Positions 1 through 13,849 of a stretch of DNA of 64,000 nucleotides are shown here, piece by piece (position 1 is the first letter of the stretch; every line of letters begins with the position of its first letter). The notes under the pieces are model-generated. The model worked only from the letters and a program-made list of their open reading frames with translations. It made no database searches and was not told where the DNA came from. Made by a program: the position numbers and the translations under genes. Source of the stretch: Octopus sinensis (Eukaryota); contig NC_043003.1 of the NCBI RefSeq assembly GCF_006345805.1, forward strand, positions 48,980,001-49,044,000, written 5' to 3'.

Positions 1-8
1 CCGGTTCT

Positions 9-54
9 GAGAGAGAGAGAGGGAGAGAGAGGGAGAGAGAGAGAGAGGGAGAGA

Positions 55-122
<68 letters not shown>
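9..122. repeat. (GA)n/(GAGG) microsatellite
   Basis: Direct inspection. Confidence 0.95.
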
Positions 123-127
<5 letters not shown>

Positions 128-261
128 GTAAATACTTGTCTGGAATTTTATCATCCGCTGGATGAAAGACAAGACTGATCTCGCCGGGATTTGGACACCG
201 AATAAGGATGGTTGAGATATGTGGTTGTTACTGTTGTTGGTGGCGTCGTTGTCGTCGCTAT

Positions 262-372
262 GGTGGTAGTGGCAGCGGCGTACTAGTGGTGGTGGCGGCG
301 GCGTACTAGTGGTGGTGGCGGCGGCGTACTAGTGGTGGTGGCGGCGGCGTAGTAGTGGTGGTGGTGGTGGTA
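262..372. repeat. 23-bp GC-rich minisatellite (GTACTAGTGGTGGTGGCGGCGGC), about 4 copies
   Basis: Three exact tandem copies plus degenerate flanking copies. Confidence 0.85.
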
Positions 373-1765
373 CTGTTGTTTTCGTTGAGTTTCAGGTCAG
401 CGCTGATCAAACAGATCAATGATAAAAAAACCCGTGCCCATCCCATTTTATATATTTATATTCTACGAATATCTTCAGTTGTTTGTTTCAGCACAAAACA
501 CTAAACTATAGCTTTATAGTTGTCTAATGTTCGTGAGGAAATTTCAAACTTCTCTATACTTGAACTGTATTTTGTCTTTAGGGATGAAAAAAAAAAAATG
601 TAGCTTTGTAAATGTTAGAAGAACGACAATTGTTTTTCGAATAATATTGAATATTTATATTTCGCATTCAACAATATATAAAAAAAAAACCTACGTTTAT
701 TTTTGAAAATTCGTGTTTGTGAGACTTTTATCGTATGGCAACTGGGCAAATTCTTTTTGAGCAATTAAAGAAAGCTGTTTCACCTGTTCCATAATTACTA
801 CAATTGTCTATGTCAAGCCGAAAATATTTGGGCTAACTTTTTTTTGCTATGCATTCTATTGTTCACTTTTTCCAATTTCATTCAAATGTTCTACACTGTT
901 ATAATTTTGCATACTAATAATAAAAATCGCATTCAATTTTATTTTGCAGAAATTAATGACGAAAAATTTACACAATTCTGTGTTTTCTAAGATGAGGACT
1001 ATTTTTTTTTACTATTATGTATTAATATTGGTCGGAATGGTGTCCTCATCTTGATTGTTGCTTTCACTACGTTTCGGCTGTTGTACACTCCAGTCTTCTT
1101 CAAGTGTCTTGTGATTCACCTTAATACCTTGACTGGGATTGAACTCAGAACATCTAGGTGACTGCATTGCATTTGAAGAAGGCTGGATCGTACACAGCCG
1201 AAATGTAATGAAAATAACAACCAAGATGAGAACATCACTCCAACTATTATATAATATAAAAATTCCTTATCTCAGAAAATACAGAATTGTATTATTCAGT
1301 TGGTACGGAGCCGACATAAGATATCAATGGGGGTTTATAAGCCTTAAAATTTAAACTTTTGAAATATTTTTCGATAATTTTAGGTAATCGGAAGCCTCCA
1401 TTATCAACATAGCGGAAGTCACACCTGATGTCTGTTTCCACAGCAGCGAGTAAACCAGGACTTGAATTGGTTGAAACATGAAATTAGAAAAATATTTCAT
1501 GCCTTAAAGTTATGTAACTTTATTTATTTTTAATTTCTGCCAAAAATGAATCTGATTTTATAATTATCATATAAAACTACATCAATGTAGAAAACTTGAA
1601 GGAAATCGAATTCAGCAAGAAAATCGCCCCACCAAAACCAAGCCGAACCAAACCAAACCAAACCAAACCGAACCGAACCGAACCAAAAAAACCCCCGAAA
1701 ACCTAAATACTCATGATATGCAATTGAATTTAAAGTCAACTTATAATTACAGACAAAATCATCAG

Positions 1766-2398
1766 TATTCTTTTATTCTTTTATTTGCTTCAGTCATTTG
1801 CTGGAGCACCGCCTTTAGTCGAGCATATCGACCCCAGGCAGCGAGCTGGCAGAAACGTTAGCACGCCGGGCGAAATGCCTAGTGGTATTTCGTCTGCCGT
1901 TACGTTCTGAGTTCAAATTTCGCCGAGGTCGACTTTGCCTTTCATCCTTTCGGGGTCGATTAAATAAGTACCAATTAATCACTGGGGTCGATGTAATCGA
2001 CTTAATCCCCTTGTCTGTCCTTGTCTGCCCCTCTATGTTTAGCCCCCTGTGGGCAATAAAGAAATTAAAAAAATCGACCCCAGGACTTATTCTTTGTAAG
2101 CCTAGTACTTATTCTATCGGTCTCTTTGGTCGAACTGCTAAGTTACAGGGACGTAAACACACCAGCATCGGTTGTGAAGCGATGTTGGGGGTGGGACAAA
2201 CACAAACACACAAACATATATACATTATATATATATATACGACGGACTTCTTTTAGTTTCCGTCTACCAAATCACAAGGCTTTGGTTAGCCCGAGGCTAT
2301 AGTAGAAGATACTTGCTCAAGGTGCCACGCAGTGGGACTGAAGCCGTAGCCATGTGGTTGGTAAGCAAGCTACTTACCACACAGCCACTCCTGCGCCT
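1766..2398 (-). mobile_element. SINE family B (tRNA head, CORE-like segment, internal microsatellite), interrupted by a family A SINE
   Basis: Minus strand starts GGCGCAGGAGTGGCTGTGTGGTAAGTAGCTTGC and aligns with the copies at 11882, 34060 and 51437. Confidence 0.9.
1837..2072 (+). mobile_element. SINE family A (tRNA-derived) nested in family B
   Basis: GGC[AG]GCGAGCTGGCAGAAACGTTAG head with box B GAGTTCAAAT; TSD ATCGACCCCAGG at 1827-1838 and 2073-2084. Confidence 0.92.
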
Positions 2399-2599
2399 AC
2401 ATGAAAACATTTTGAGTTTTATTTTGTACTGCATATTTCCATAAGTTTATTTTAGTCGTAATATTTCTTGATGAATCAGTCAATGAATGAACGTTATAGG
2501 TACATTGCTTCAAAATATAATATATAAGCTTGAAATCTTATGTGTTCCCCCGTCATTGCTGTTGCGCGATAGGTATATACACTCCTGATGAACGTCTCT

Positions 2600-3290
2600 A
2601 AAAAAAAAAGGTCCACTCAGAGGAAAACACCATCTATAGCATGTTCATGTAATGGCTAGTCATACAGTAAGCCCTCATACATAATGTTATCTATCATACG
2701 AATATCTGACAAATAACACTTGCCCAATGTTATGCATAATGTCGGGTGATTCGTCCGAGCAAATCGCAAATTTTGTAGTTTTTTAAATGCCTTCAATACG
2801 TTGCATAAATTGTTTGTTAACTTCTGCAATTCTTTTACATGCAGTGTCATTCGATAGCGGATTAAATCTCATTTCGTTCGCAGGTTTTCCATGACTAATT
2901 TTCGTGATACTACCAGCCACAAGCAACACAAATCTTCGCTCGTCGTGTATGGTTGTTAACTTTACTAATTAAGCACGAGGCTTCGTATCTTTTCACTAAA
3001 GTATTTCTCTTGAATCGGTGTTTGTTTTTCAAAAGATTGTTTTTGTACTTTCGAAGATTTCAATGTTAAAAAAATCCAAATAAACAAACATAAAAAAAAA
3101 AACGATAATAATTTGCCTGCAGTAGGAAGCTTGTATAGTATCGAGATATCCTTTCAATATAGCAGGTTTCATACATTTATTCATCAAATATTTGCTAGAA
3201 ATTAAGCAGACTGGGCGGTGCCCTTCATGCTTAAGGACGAAAATAAATCCACGTTTCAACCAAGATTCGTTTTACTTTTTTTCTTTTGCG
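2600..3290 (-). mobile_element. hAT (Charlie/Buster-type) transposase relic
   Basis: Frameshifted minus-strand peptides: GHRPVCLISSKYLMNKCMKPAILKGYL (BED-finger-like), EASCLISK, PLSNDTACKRI, FAICSDESPDI...LFVRY. These resemble the Buster/Charlie motifs PLSNDTV.RRI and FALQLDESTD..QL..FVRY. Confidence 0.8.
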
Positions 3291-4096
3291 TAGGATTGTT
3301 CACTTATAGAGTTTTGCCCACTTTCTGATTCGTGTTATTGCATCCTGTTTCTGCAGGAACTATTACTTCAGTATTATTTTTCTATGTTTTCAACATTTTT
3401 TATTAAAATAATTTAATTTTTTTTTTAGAAATTTAACCATTTATAAAATACGGCGATATTTTCAATCCCACGTATTAAAAAGCTAATTGTAACAATTTCT
3501 ATGATCACTTTAAAAAAAAAAAGAATGAAAGAAAAAAATCGGCTTCAAACGATTGCTGACGTAAGTTAGTCAAGACTAATTTATAATTGCAAACTTTTAA
3601 GTTATATAACAAAATATAAATTGAAATATTTACGTCTTTGTTTTTATATTTATTGAATTAATTTGATATGATATAAAGTAACTTCGTAAAAACGTAAAAA
3701 AAAGTCTATATCATTATTTATTGATTTAAATTACATACATTTCACTGTTATGTTACCTCAGCAAGTACTTTCTATTTCGACACTGTTCACTGCGTTTATA
3801 TATTTCCAGATCATCATCGTAAACATGTTACCGTATTGATAGCATTCGCAAAAACACTTGTCAATCTTAGTCTATGGATATACGATTGAATGAATTTAAG
3901 ACAGAATAGCAAGTGTCACGAAACAATACCGACGATATTGCAAATCCTCATAGAATCAATAGTTCTTCGTAGTTTACAGATTATGGTGGTGGAGTATTGA
4001 TAACAAAATATAGAATAATATCTTGTTCGTAAATGTTCGGTTCCACACTTTCATTCTATATCTTATTGACAATCATTTTTTGTATCTATATTTCAG

Positions 4097-4098
4097 GT

Positions 4099-4129
<31 letters not shown>

Positions 4130-4412
4130 CATATATATATACATACATACATATATATGCATACATACATACTACATATATACATATATATATATATATA
4201 TCTATATATATATATATATACATACGTATATATATATATATATATATATTACATACGTATATATATACATATATATACATATATATACATACATACATAT
4301 ATATATATATATACATACATACATACATACACATATATATATATATACCCTATATCTATATATATATATATATGTATGTATATATATATATATGTATATA
4401 TATATATGTATG

Positions 4413-4450
<38 letters not shown>

Positions 4451-4504
4451 TATACATATATATACATATATATATATGTATATATATATATATATGTGTA
4501 TGTA

Positions 4505-4548
<44 letters not shown>
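4097..4548. repeat. (CA)n/(TA)n/(TACA)n compound microsatellite
   Basis: Direct inspection; it explains the ORFs at 4023-4594. Confidence 0.95.
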
Positions 4549-4799
4549 GGATGAAAAAACGACTGTAGTAAATAAAGCTAATAACATATTTTAGTATTCT
4601 CCATGAAAGTTCCGTGACCCCAAATAATCTTTGCACAAGTATCCCGTGGGGTTGACATCACTCGTAGTTTAAGAAATTACAGTCTTACACCGAAGCAAAT
4701 AAACGTGACTAGTGTCTTCTAATGCAGAAAAGAAAGAAAAAAATGTTTTACAATCGAATGTCTATGTCTGAAATGTCCAGAACAAAATTCAATAACTGA

Positions 4800-5220
4800 G
4801 AATCGTCATGGTTGTCATCGTCGTTACTGCCACCGCTACCGCGGTCATCATCATCATCATCATCATAGTCATCACCACCACCACACCACCACCACCACCA
4901 CCACCACCACCATCATCATCATCATAGTCATCATCGTTATCATCATTATTATCAACATAGTCATCATCATCATCATCATCATTGTCATCATCACCACCAC
5001 CACCACCACCACCACCACCACCACCACCACCACTACCATCATCACCATCATCATAGTCATCATCGTTATCATCATTATTATTAACATAGTAATCATCATT
5101 GTCCTTGTTGCCATCATCAGTGCCATCACCATCATCATCATCAACATCGTCGTCGTCGTCATCTTCATCATCATTATCATCATCATACTTCTCCTCCTCT
5201 TCATCACCATCATCACCATA
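4800..5220. repeat. (CAT)n/(CAC)n trinucleotide tract
   Basis: Direct inspection. Confidence 0.9.
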
Positions 5221-5562
5221 AACACTTCCAGAAGTATGAGAGCCATGGAAGGAGTCTCAACGTGATTGCTCGCCTGCTAGAAAAAAACACCCCAAACAAA
5301 CGAAAATAAGCCCTTTTATAGAGGTGGGTAGGGTGCGAATTGAGGGAGATTTAGCTGCTATTTCTAGCTGATAGATTAACCATTTAGAGGTTTCTTTCTT
5401 AATGTTCTTCATATTTTATAGCCCAGGTTTATTCTGATTTGAGTGGATGCATAATTAAAGAGCCTAAGCCATGCTCGTCACGTCTAATTTTCAGACAAAT
5501 TATTCAGGAGTGTTATTCAAAGAGTGACGTGATCTATTCAAGATGATAGAACATATAGAACA

Positions 5563-5793
5563 GGCGGCGAACTGGCAGAATTGTTAGCACACTGGGCGAA
5601 ATGCTTAGCAGTATTTCGTCTGCCGCTTCGTTCTGAGTTCAAATTCCGCCGAGGTCGACTTTGCCTTTCATCCTTTCGGCGTCGATAAATTAAGTACTAG
5701 TTACGCACAGGGTCGATGTAATCGACTTAATCCGTTTGTCTGTCATTGTTTGTCCCCTCTATGTTTAGCCCCCTTGTGGGCAATAAAGAAATA
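5563..5793 (+). mobile_element. SINE family A, full length
   Basis: Complete head-to-tail copy; 13-bp TSD AGAACATATAGAA at 5548-5560 and 5794-5806. Confidence 0.93.
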
Positions 5794-5807
5794 AGAACAT
5801 ATAGAAG

Positions 5808-5860
5808 AGGCGCGACCAAAGCCGTGTGAGTGGATTTGGTAGATGGAAACTGAAAGAAGC

Positions 5861-5951
<91 letters not shown>

Positions 5952-6132
5952 TGTGTGTGTATAGTTGAAATTTAAAGAAAAACAAAAGACGAAGACAGGT
6001 GTATGAGCAACAAGGAAGTGTATTAGTTTGACGCTCAGGGAGAATGAAAATGTCTTTTACGTTTCGACCCTACGCTCTTCAATAGAAAGGAATAAGAGAA
6101 AATAGACACAGAGAGAATGAATATATATATAT

Positions 6133-6216
<84 letters not shown>

Positions 6217-6700
6217 TACTCCAAACACGAACAAAGAGAAAACACAACAACGCGAGGACGTATAACAAGTATAGTGTTATTGGACCCTCAGGAAAGGAAA
6301 GAAAGAAGGAGAATTTAACGTTTCGAGGGGAGCTTTTCATCAGAAACACAGAAAAAGGAAAAGTTCAAGGAAGGGAAGACGGAGAAAGAAAATCGCCATC
6401 GATACACACGCGGTCACACACACCACACACACACCACACACACGCACATTCATATATATATACACATATATATATATATAATGTCTGTTAGTGTGAGTGT
6501 GTGTGTGTGTGCATGCGTGTGTGTGCTTGTGTCAGTGTTTATCTCCTACCACCACTGGTTCGGCAAATTGACCGATAGAATACATGCTAGGCTTGAGACA
6601 AAAAGATAGTACGAGGGTCAATTCGCTTGACTAAAAATTCTTGGAGACGGTTCCCCCGCATGGCAGCAGCCTAATGACTGGAACAGATATAAAAGATAAA
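5808..6700 (+). mobile_element. SINE family B with deleted head and an expanded internal microsatellite carrying nested insertions
   Basis: GACCAAAGCC.TGTGAGTGGATTTGGTAG at 5814; 3' body (GACCGATAGAATA...CATGGC.GCAG.C.AATGACTG) at about 6560-6700. Confidence 0.75.
5963..6420 (-). mobile_element. Two tandem short PLE-like non-autonomous fragments in (TA)n, each with a hammerhead-like motif
   Basis: 5963-6120 is homologous to 10067-10250 and 9620-9705. Minus-strand motifs: CTATTGA-AGAGCGTAGGGTC-GAAACGTA and CTGATGA-AAAGCTCCCCTC-GAAACGTT. Confidence 0.65.
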
Positions 6701-6923
6701 CGATGTATTCTGGAGAAGATTTATCGAAGAAGTTTGGCAGCTGCCTTTGCATGCAAGTCTTCTCTCTCGATGCCAACGATGTTCACCCAAGGGAAGGTTG
6801 CCGATTTTGGCCGCCGATGTAGCTTGGCACTAATGGCATCGCATGCGCTGTTGCCAAAATGCAAAGGGCCCGAAGGTTTACCCATAGCCTCAAAAAATTC
6901 TACCAAACAACTAGCCAGGAAGT

Positions 6924-7145
6924 AGAGGCGCGTGGCTTAGTGGTTAGGGTGTTGAATTCGTGATCGCAAGATTGTGGTTTCGATTCCTGGACCGCGTGAC
7001 GCGTTGTGTTCTTGAGCAACATACTCCATTCCACTGAACAGGCAAAATGAGTAATTCTCCGACGCACCGGCGTCCCTTCCAGTGGCGAATATATGTGCTT
7101 CACGGAGATCAAGAAGCCGGCCTGACGAATCTACATGACTCGGGA
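6924..7145 (+). mobile_element. SINE family C (tRNA head plus CORE-like GTTGTGTTCTTGAGCAA)
   Basis: Box A TGGCTTAGTGG and box B GGTTTCGATTCC; related to copies at 50110 and 62325. Confidence 0.8.
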
Positions 7146-7306
7146 AGAATCACAATCCTGGAATGGCACTTTCTTAAACCAGAAAGGTTGAAAGGTAAAG
7201 GTGTCTTCGGCGGGGTTTGAACTCGGTGTGCAGCGAGTCAAAACAAATATCATTCGGCATTCTATCCATTGCTCTAATGGTTCTGTCAATTTACAGTCGG
7301 TTTACC

Positions 7307-7704
7307 TTTTGTTTTTCCTTGTTTCACTCATCGGATAGCGGCCATGCTGGGGCATCGCCTTACAGGGTGTTAGTCAAACAATTCGACACTTCATGCTTTC
7401 TTTTAAAGTCTGGCGATTATTCTATCGACCACCTTTTGTCGAAGAGCTAGATCCCGAGGACAAAGGTATAAAAAACAAGCCGTGGCGGTGGTGGGTGACA
7501 GAGATGCAAAGCAACACACACACACACATACACATCTGACAGGCTTCCACTCAGTTTTCGTGCACCAAATTCACCCACAAAGCATTGGTAAGCGTGGGAG
7601 CTCGTATAAAAAAAAAACTAGCCTGAGGTACCGCACCGTGGGACTGAACCCGACACGACATGGTTGCAAAGCGAGCTCCTAAACCACACAGCCATGCTTG
7701 CGAC
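7307..7704 (-). mobile_element. SINE family B, degenerate
   Basis: Aligns with the other B copies across head, (CA)n tract and tail. Confidence 0.75.
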
Positions 7705-8217
7705 TATGGCGATACCTGTGCCCATGGCCATTTATACATCATACGAAAAAACATACAGCCCCTAAAAACAACATGAGCAACAACATCAACAAGATATACA
7801 ACGCCGTTGACACAAAATCTACCAATAAATCTAGAAGATTGCTCATTTGTTTTTCTTAAAATCGAGGTGTGATGGAAAGATAAAATGGCGAGAAAAATCG
7901 ATATCGCGTGGTTTATGAAAAACTGAGGTGACATAGGTGAGGGAGGAGTTAGCTGTGCGACGAAGAGTTGATTGATAGTTGTTGTTGGATATTGTGTGAA
8001 CTGGTCTGAATTCTTGTTTGGTAGACACAAGATAATCGAAGATATATACATATATTTCCATATCATGTGTATACATACATACATACATACATGTATGTAT
8101 GTATGTATGTATGTATGTATGTATGTATGTATGTATGTATGCATGTATATGTATGTATATGTATGTATGTATGTATATATATATGTATATGTATATATAT
8201 ATGTATGCATGTATATG

Positions 8218-8249
<32 letters not shown>

Positions 8250-8275
8250 TGTATGTATATATATATGCATGTATG

Positions 8276-8414
<139 letters not shown>

Positions 8415-8526
8415 GTCTGTACGTATATATGCCTAGCAACCTATATATTGACATCTACTTATGTTCTATCTATGTATTCATCTGCCTGTCTGACTATTAT
8501 ATATCTTTTATTACAATTGCAATAAT

Positions 8527-8574
<48 letters not shown>

Positions 8575-8912
8575 ACACACACGCGTACACACATTCATTA
8601 TTCTTTGAACAAGAATAAGTATTGACAGTGATTTCGAAGTTTCGCCCACCTAAGTCATCATCAGACGTAAAAATACTCTTACTTAAACAACCACATTCCA
8701 ACATTCATCTGCAGAAAATAAATATACACTTTCAAAGACTCTTTTCTTTTCCTTTCCGCGCTCTCTCTTTTATCACACCTACGTCCACCAACGCACGAAC
8801 ACGCATACTTACACTCCAAATCAGTGGTTTTCAGCCATTTTCTATCTATGTATCCCTTTGATTATTATTCTATTATGATGGATCCCCATAGACATTCGAT
8901 GTTTGAAAACTT

Positions 8913-9478
8913 TTGGGTTGTCCGGAAAGTTCGTGCCGATTTATAGTAGCTTACATTTCAACTTATTTTGGAACATGCTTAAGTCCATAAAATATGATTT
9001 CACTACACCTCCATTTAGAGCACAGTTTAGACTATATTTTCGTGGAAGAAGGTTTATGTTCCTATAACCGGTGTTAATTCTATAACCCTTTAAAATGGAA
9101 GATAAGAAAGTTCATTATTGGCATTTGATGCTTTGGGAACCAGACAAAAATTGCTGCAGTTCGACTGGGATGTTTTACTCCACCATCCATATTCACCAGA
9201 TATTGCTCCTTCGGATTTCCACTTATTCAGGTCTCTGTAGAATAGTCTTAATGGTAAACATTTCAATTACTTGGATAGTGTAAAAAGATACCTTGATGAA
9301 TTCTTTGCTATGAAACCACATCAATTTTGGGAAGAGGGTATTTTCAAGTTAAAGGAAAGATGGAGACGCATTGTGCAACAAAAAGGTTCATATTTGGTTG
9401 ATAAAAAATTTAATGGCAAGTATTTATTGACCTTTTTCTTTCCTTTAATCATCGGCAAGAACTTTCCGGACAACCCAA
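8913..9478 (+). mobile_element. Internally deleted mariner (DD34D) element with TIRs
   Basis: 28-bp TIRs TTGGGTTGTCCGGAAAGTTC[G/T]TGCCGAT at 8913-8940 and 9451-9478, with TA at the right end. N-terminal MEDKKVHYWHLML is joined to C-terminal WDVLLHHPYSPDIAPSDFHLFRSL*NSL...FWEEGIFKLKERW. Confidence 0.93.
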
Positions 9479-9570
9479 TAGTTTTATAGATGCTTCTTTC
9501 AAAATTCATATTTTGTTTTTCACAAATTCATATTTTGTTTTTCACACATTGTGTAGATTGAACTATGTAA

Positions 9571-9618
<48 letters not shown>

Positions 9619-9790
9619 CACTCACTTCCTGAGCGTTATACTAATACATCTGTTGTCTACACCACCTGTCTTCGTCTTTTGTTTTTTTTGTGAATTCTCC
9701 CCCATTATATACACACACTTATATACATATCTATACATATTATGAGAATATTGCAATATATATGCATGTGCGTGTATATACATATATATG

Positions 9791-10598
<808 letters not shown>

Positions 10599-10729
10599 TT
10601 AAGTACGTGTATTTTAGATTAGAAATACAAAAATCTAAATACGAAAATTGATTCTAAATACATTTTGACTATCATCTTTTTCTTGTTTTTTCTTATTTGC
10701 GTTTCTTTTCCACAATTTGACTTCCTACT

Positions 10730-11284
10730 CATTATCACCATCGCCATCTTAACTCCGACAATCACCACCACCACCACCACCACCACCACCACCACTACCA
10801 CACCACCACCACACCACCACCACCACCACCACCACCACCACTACCATCACCACCATCACCGCTACCATCACCTCTATCACCAACAATAATGCAACCATCA
10901 CCACCACCACCACCACCACCACCACCACCACCACCGCCGCCACCACCAACAACAACAACAGCAGCAACAACAACAATAACATTACAACCGTCATCACCAT
11001 CTGAACCCACATTATCATGACCACCACCACCACCACCACCACCACCACCAGACCCAGCCCCACTCCCAGCATCCTCATAAGCAACTCTGCCACACCAGTT
11101 GCCCCGCCATACCAGCACCCCCCCACTATCACTACTAACTCAAACACCATTCTAACGGCAATCGATACAGGTTATTTCTGACGGTTTTTGACGTTTCTAT
11201 CGATTACGACTTAGAAAGCTGTCTTGACTCCAACAACAAAAAAAAAAACAAGAAAAGTTGATGAGACAACGGCAATAACGAAAC

Positions 11285-11323
<39 letters not shown>

Positions 11324-11445
11324 GATGATGATCATCATCATCATGATGATCATCATCATCATCAGGAACAGCAGTAGCAGCAGCAGAAGAAGTAGCAGGA
11401 GCTGCTGCTGCTGCAGAAACAACTGTAACAGCAGCAGCAGGCAAA
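10730..11445. repeat. (CAC)n/(CAT)n/(CAG)n trinucleotide tracts
   Basis: Direct inspection. Confidence 0.85.
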
Positions 11446-11881
11446 AAGACAACAAACGAAAAATTTTAATGTATGTGTGCATTGTGTGTGTAATCGAGTG
11501 ACTGTGCGTGTGTGTGTGTACTTTAATGCACCGGTGTGTTTATATGTGTATATTGGCATGTATGGACATGGCTGTATGAATATGTATGCATACATGAGTA
11601 TATGTACGTATGAAATGGATTTTCATGTGCATATGTAACTGTGTATATGTGTGTAGGTATTTGTGCATGTATCTGTGTGAACGTATATATGAATGTGTGT
11701 CTACGTGTATATCTATATCTATATCTATATATGTGTGTGTGTATGTGCATGTGCGTACACACACACACAAACACACACATACACATATTATGCACACACA
11801 ATGTGCATAATGCTAAGGTTAGCTACTCTTGCCTACATAAAAGCATCGCCAGCATTACATTCCACAACAAAAACATATTGT

Positions 11882-12300
11882 AGGCGTAGGAGTGGCTGTG
11901 TGGTAAGTAGCTTGTTTACGAACAACATGGTTCCGGGCTCTGTCCCACTGTGTGGCACCTTGGGCAAGTGTCTTCTACTATAGCCTCGTACCGACCAAAG
12001 CTTTGTGAGTAGATTTGGTAGACGGAAACTGAAAGAAGCCCGTTGTATATATGTATATATATATATGTGTGTGTGAATATGTGTGTGTATATGCTTGTGT
12101 GTCTGTGTTTGTCCCCCCAACATCGCTTGACAACCGATGCTGGTGTGTTTACGCCCCCGTTACTTAGCGGTTCGGCAAAAAGAGACCGATAGAATAAGTA
12201 CTAGGCTTACAAAGAATAAGTCCTGGGGTCGGTTTGCTCGACTAAAGGTGGTACTCCAGCATGGCCAAAGTCAAATGACTGAAACAAGTAAAAGAGAGTA
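11882..12300 (+). mobile_element. SINE family B, near full length
   Basis: Head GGCGTAGGAGTGGCTGTGTGG, CORE-like CACCTTGGGCAAGTGTCTT, internal (TA)/(TG) tract, tail CAGCATGGCC..AGTCAAATGACTGAAACAAG. Confidence 0.92.
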
Positions 12301-12349
12301 TATATTTGTTCCTTCACCTAAACCCACTCACGATTGCTGGAATCGAACT

Positions 12350-12700
12350 ATTAACCAGTAGGAGGCATCTTGCATTTCCAAGACTGTGATATACAGAGCT
12401 ACACCTAATCCACTATACTGGGATTACTGCCAACAACTTCAAAGTATAGTATACCCAACGTCTGCAACCTCTAGATCCAGGAACAGTGTAAACTCTACCT
12501 CTCTGGTTCATTTCATTTGGAAGCCTAGAGACGATGGGAATCTATTATAACTTGAAACATTCTTAATAGATTCCCTCCGTACTTCAGAGTATTACTCAAT
12601 TACAGACAAAATTTCGGCTATGATGACAATTAGTGAAATTATATAATTCTATAATAAGCAGCTTCCCAGACGTGTTTTTGTCTTGCACCAGTTCAAATGG
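12350..12700 (+). mobile_element. Degenerate Penelope-like GIY-YIG endonuclease fragment
   Basis: Peptide pieces VIYRAT..YWGITANNFK and NSTSLVHFIWK resemble the PLE pattern VVY...YIG.T...FK.RY...NST.LS..IW.L. Confidence 0.55.
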
Positions 12701-13057
12701 GTTTGAAAATAATGCCAGAGAATATCGAAGTTTAAACTTCCTTACTAACGAAGTTCATCTCTGCTGAGTTGGTATCCCTATACAAAAACGCATTTACATC
12801 TAACAGCACCACGTAGTATGCAACAATTTTGATCACGTGATATGACCTTATTACATGACAATCTAGCTTGCCAGCAACGAGTAAAGAACCACTTTTCAAG
12901 CCGATATATATATATATATATTATATTAAATTAGAGATAAAACCACTATTAGGCAAATCAAACAATGAAAAACATAAGCCAATACATAAAATTATTAATT
13001 TATATTATTTTAAATATATATCAAAAGTATTAAAAGTTTAATAAAAGATAATGAGTA

Positions 13058-13132
13058 AAACACTACGATCGTTTCATGGCTGTCCAATTCGTAATAATTC
13101 GAGTTATGGTTACAGTCAATCTTCAGGTAATT
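13058..13132 (-). ncRNA. Type I hammerhead ribozyme motif (PLE-associated) in a (TA)n-flanked insert at about 12920-13168
   Basis: Minus strand: CTGAAGA, stem II (TGACTGT...ACAGCCA), then GAAAC-GATC-GTA. Helix III is palindromic and the cleavage triplet is GUA. Confidence 0.65.
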
Positions 13133-13442
13133 GAAATATTTATCTTAGCGAGGTTTAGCAATGAACTCATATATATATATATAAATAAATAAATGGAGTT
13201 TAACGCAGGTATAATTCAAATACTTTTTTTTCCGACACATGTCACTGATATTATTCCAACGGAATAAAGGGTGTAAAACAATGTAATCTTCTTTTCAAGG
13301 AAGTGAAGAAATGAAACCCGTCAATAAGACATTTTAACAGAAAATTATGTAGAAATTCCGACACAGAAAATGCGTCGGAAGTATAAGTATTTGAATTATA
13401 CCTGCGTTAAACTCCATATATATACATACATATGTACATACA

Positions 13443-13476
<34 letters not shown>

Positions 13477-13478
13477 CA

Positions 13479-13514
<36 letters not shown>

Positions 13515-13849
13515 TATATGTGTGTATTATTGTTAAAGAGGACAACAACCGTTAACGCAAGGCAAATATCTCAAGTCACATATTATTGGAAAAAATTCAA
13601 AGTCTTACAGCTATTTCTGGGATATCCCAGAGACAAATAGGGAAAGGGAGAAGGGTATAAATTAATGAAATGACGACATAGAGGTCATGTGTAAAGGAAT
13701 AAGGAGATGAAGAGAGAGAAGAAAAAAGAAGCATAAAAGGTCACAGTTCAACTTTCCGATGTAGAAATAAGTGCATAAGTTCTTAGGTGCAATCCTGCGT
13801 AGATGCATGTAGGTTAAACAGAACTTTAACGATTCGAGGTTAATCAGGA

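Noticed and set aside
1015-1354. Short ORFs in unique-looking sequence
   Set aside because: No recognisable domain or splice support; possibly a transposon remnant.
4023-4594. YI/HT/VC-repeat ORFs here and at about 7700-8600, 27000-28100, 40700-41400, 53300-54100 and 60700-62300
   Set aside because: Translations of (TA)n, (CA)n, (TACA)n and (TCTA)n microsatellites.
5563-5650. tRNA-like sequences with box A/B
   Set aside because: They are SINE heads: no complete cloverleaf, and they continue into SINE bodies with TSDs.
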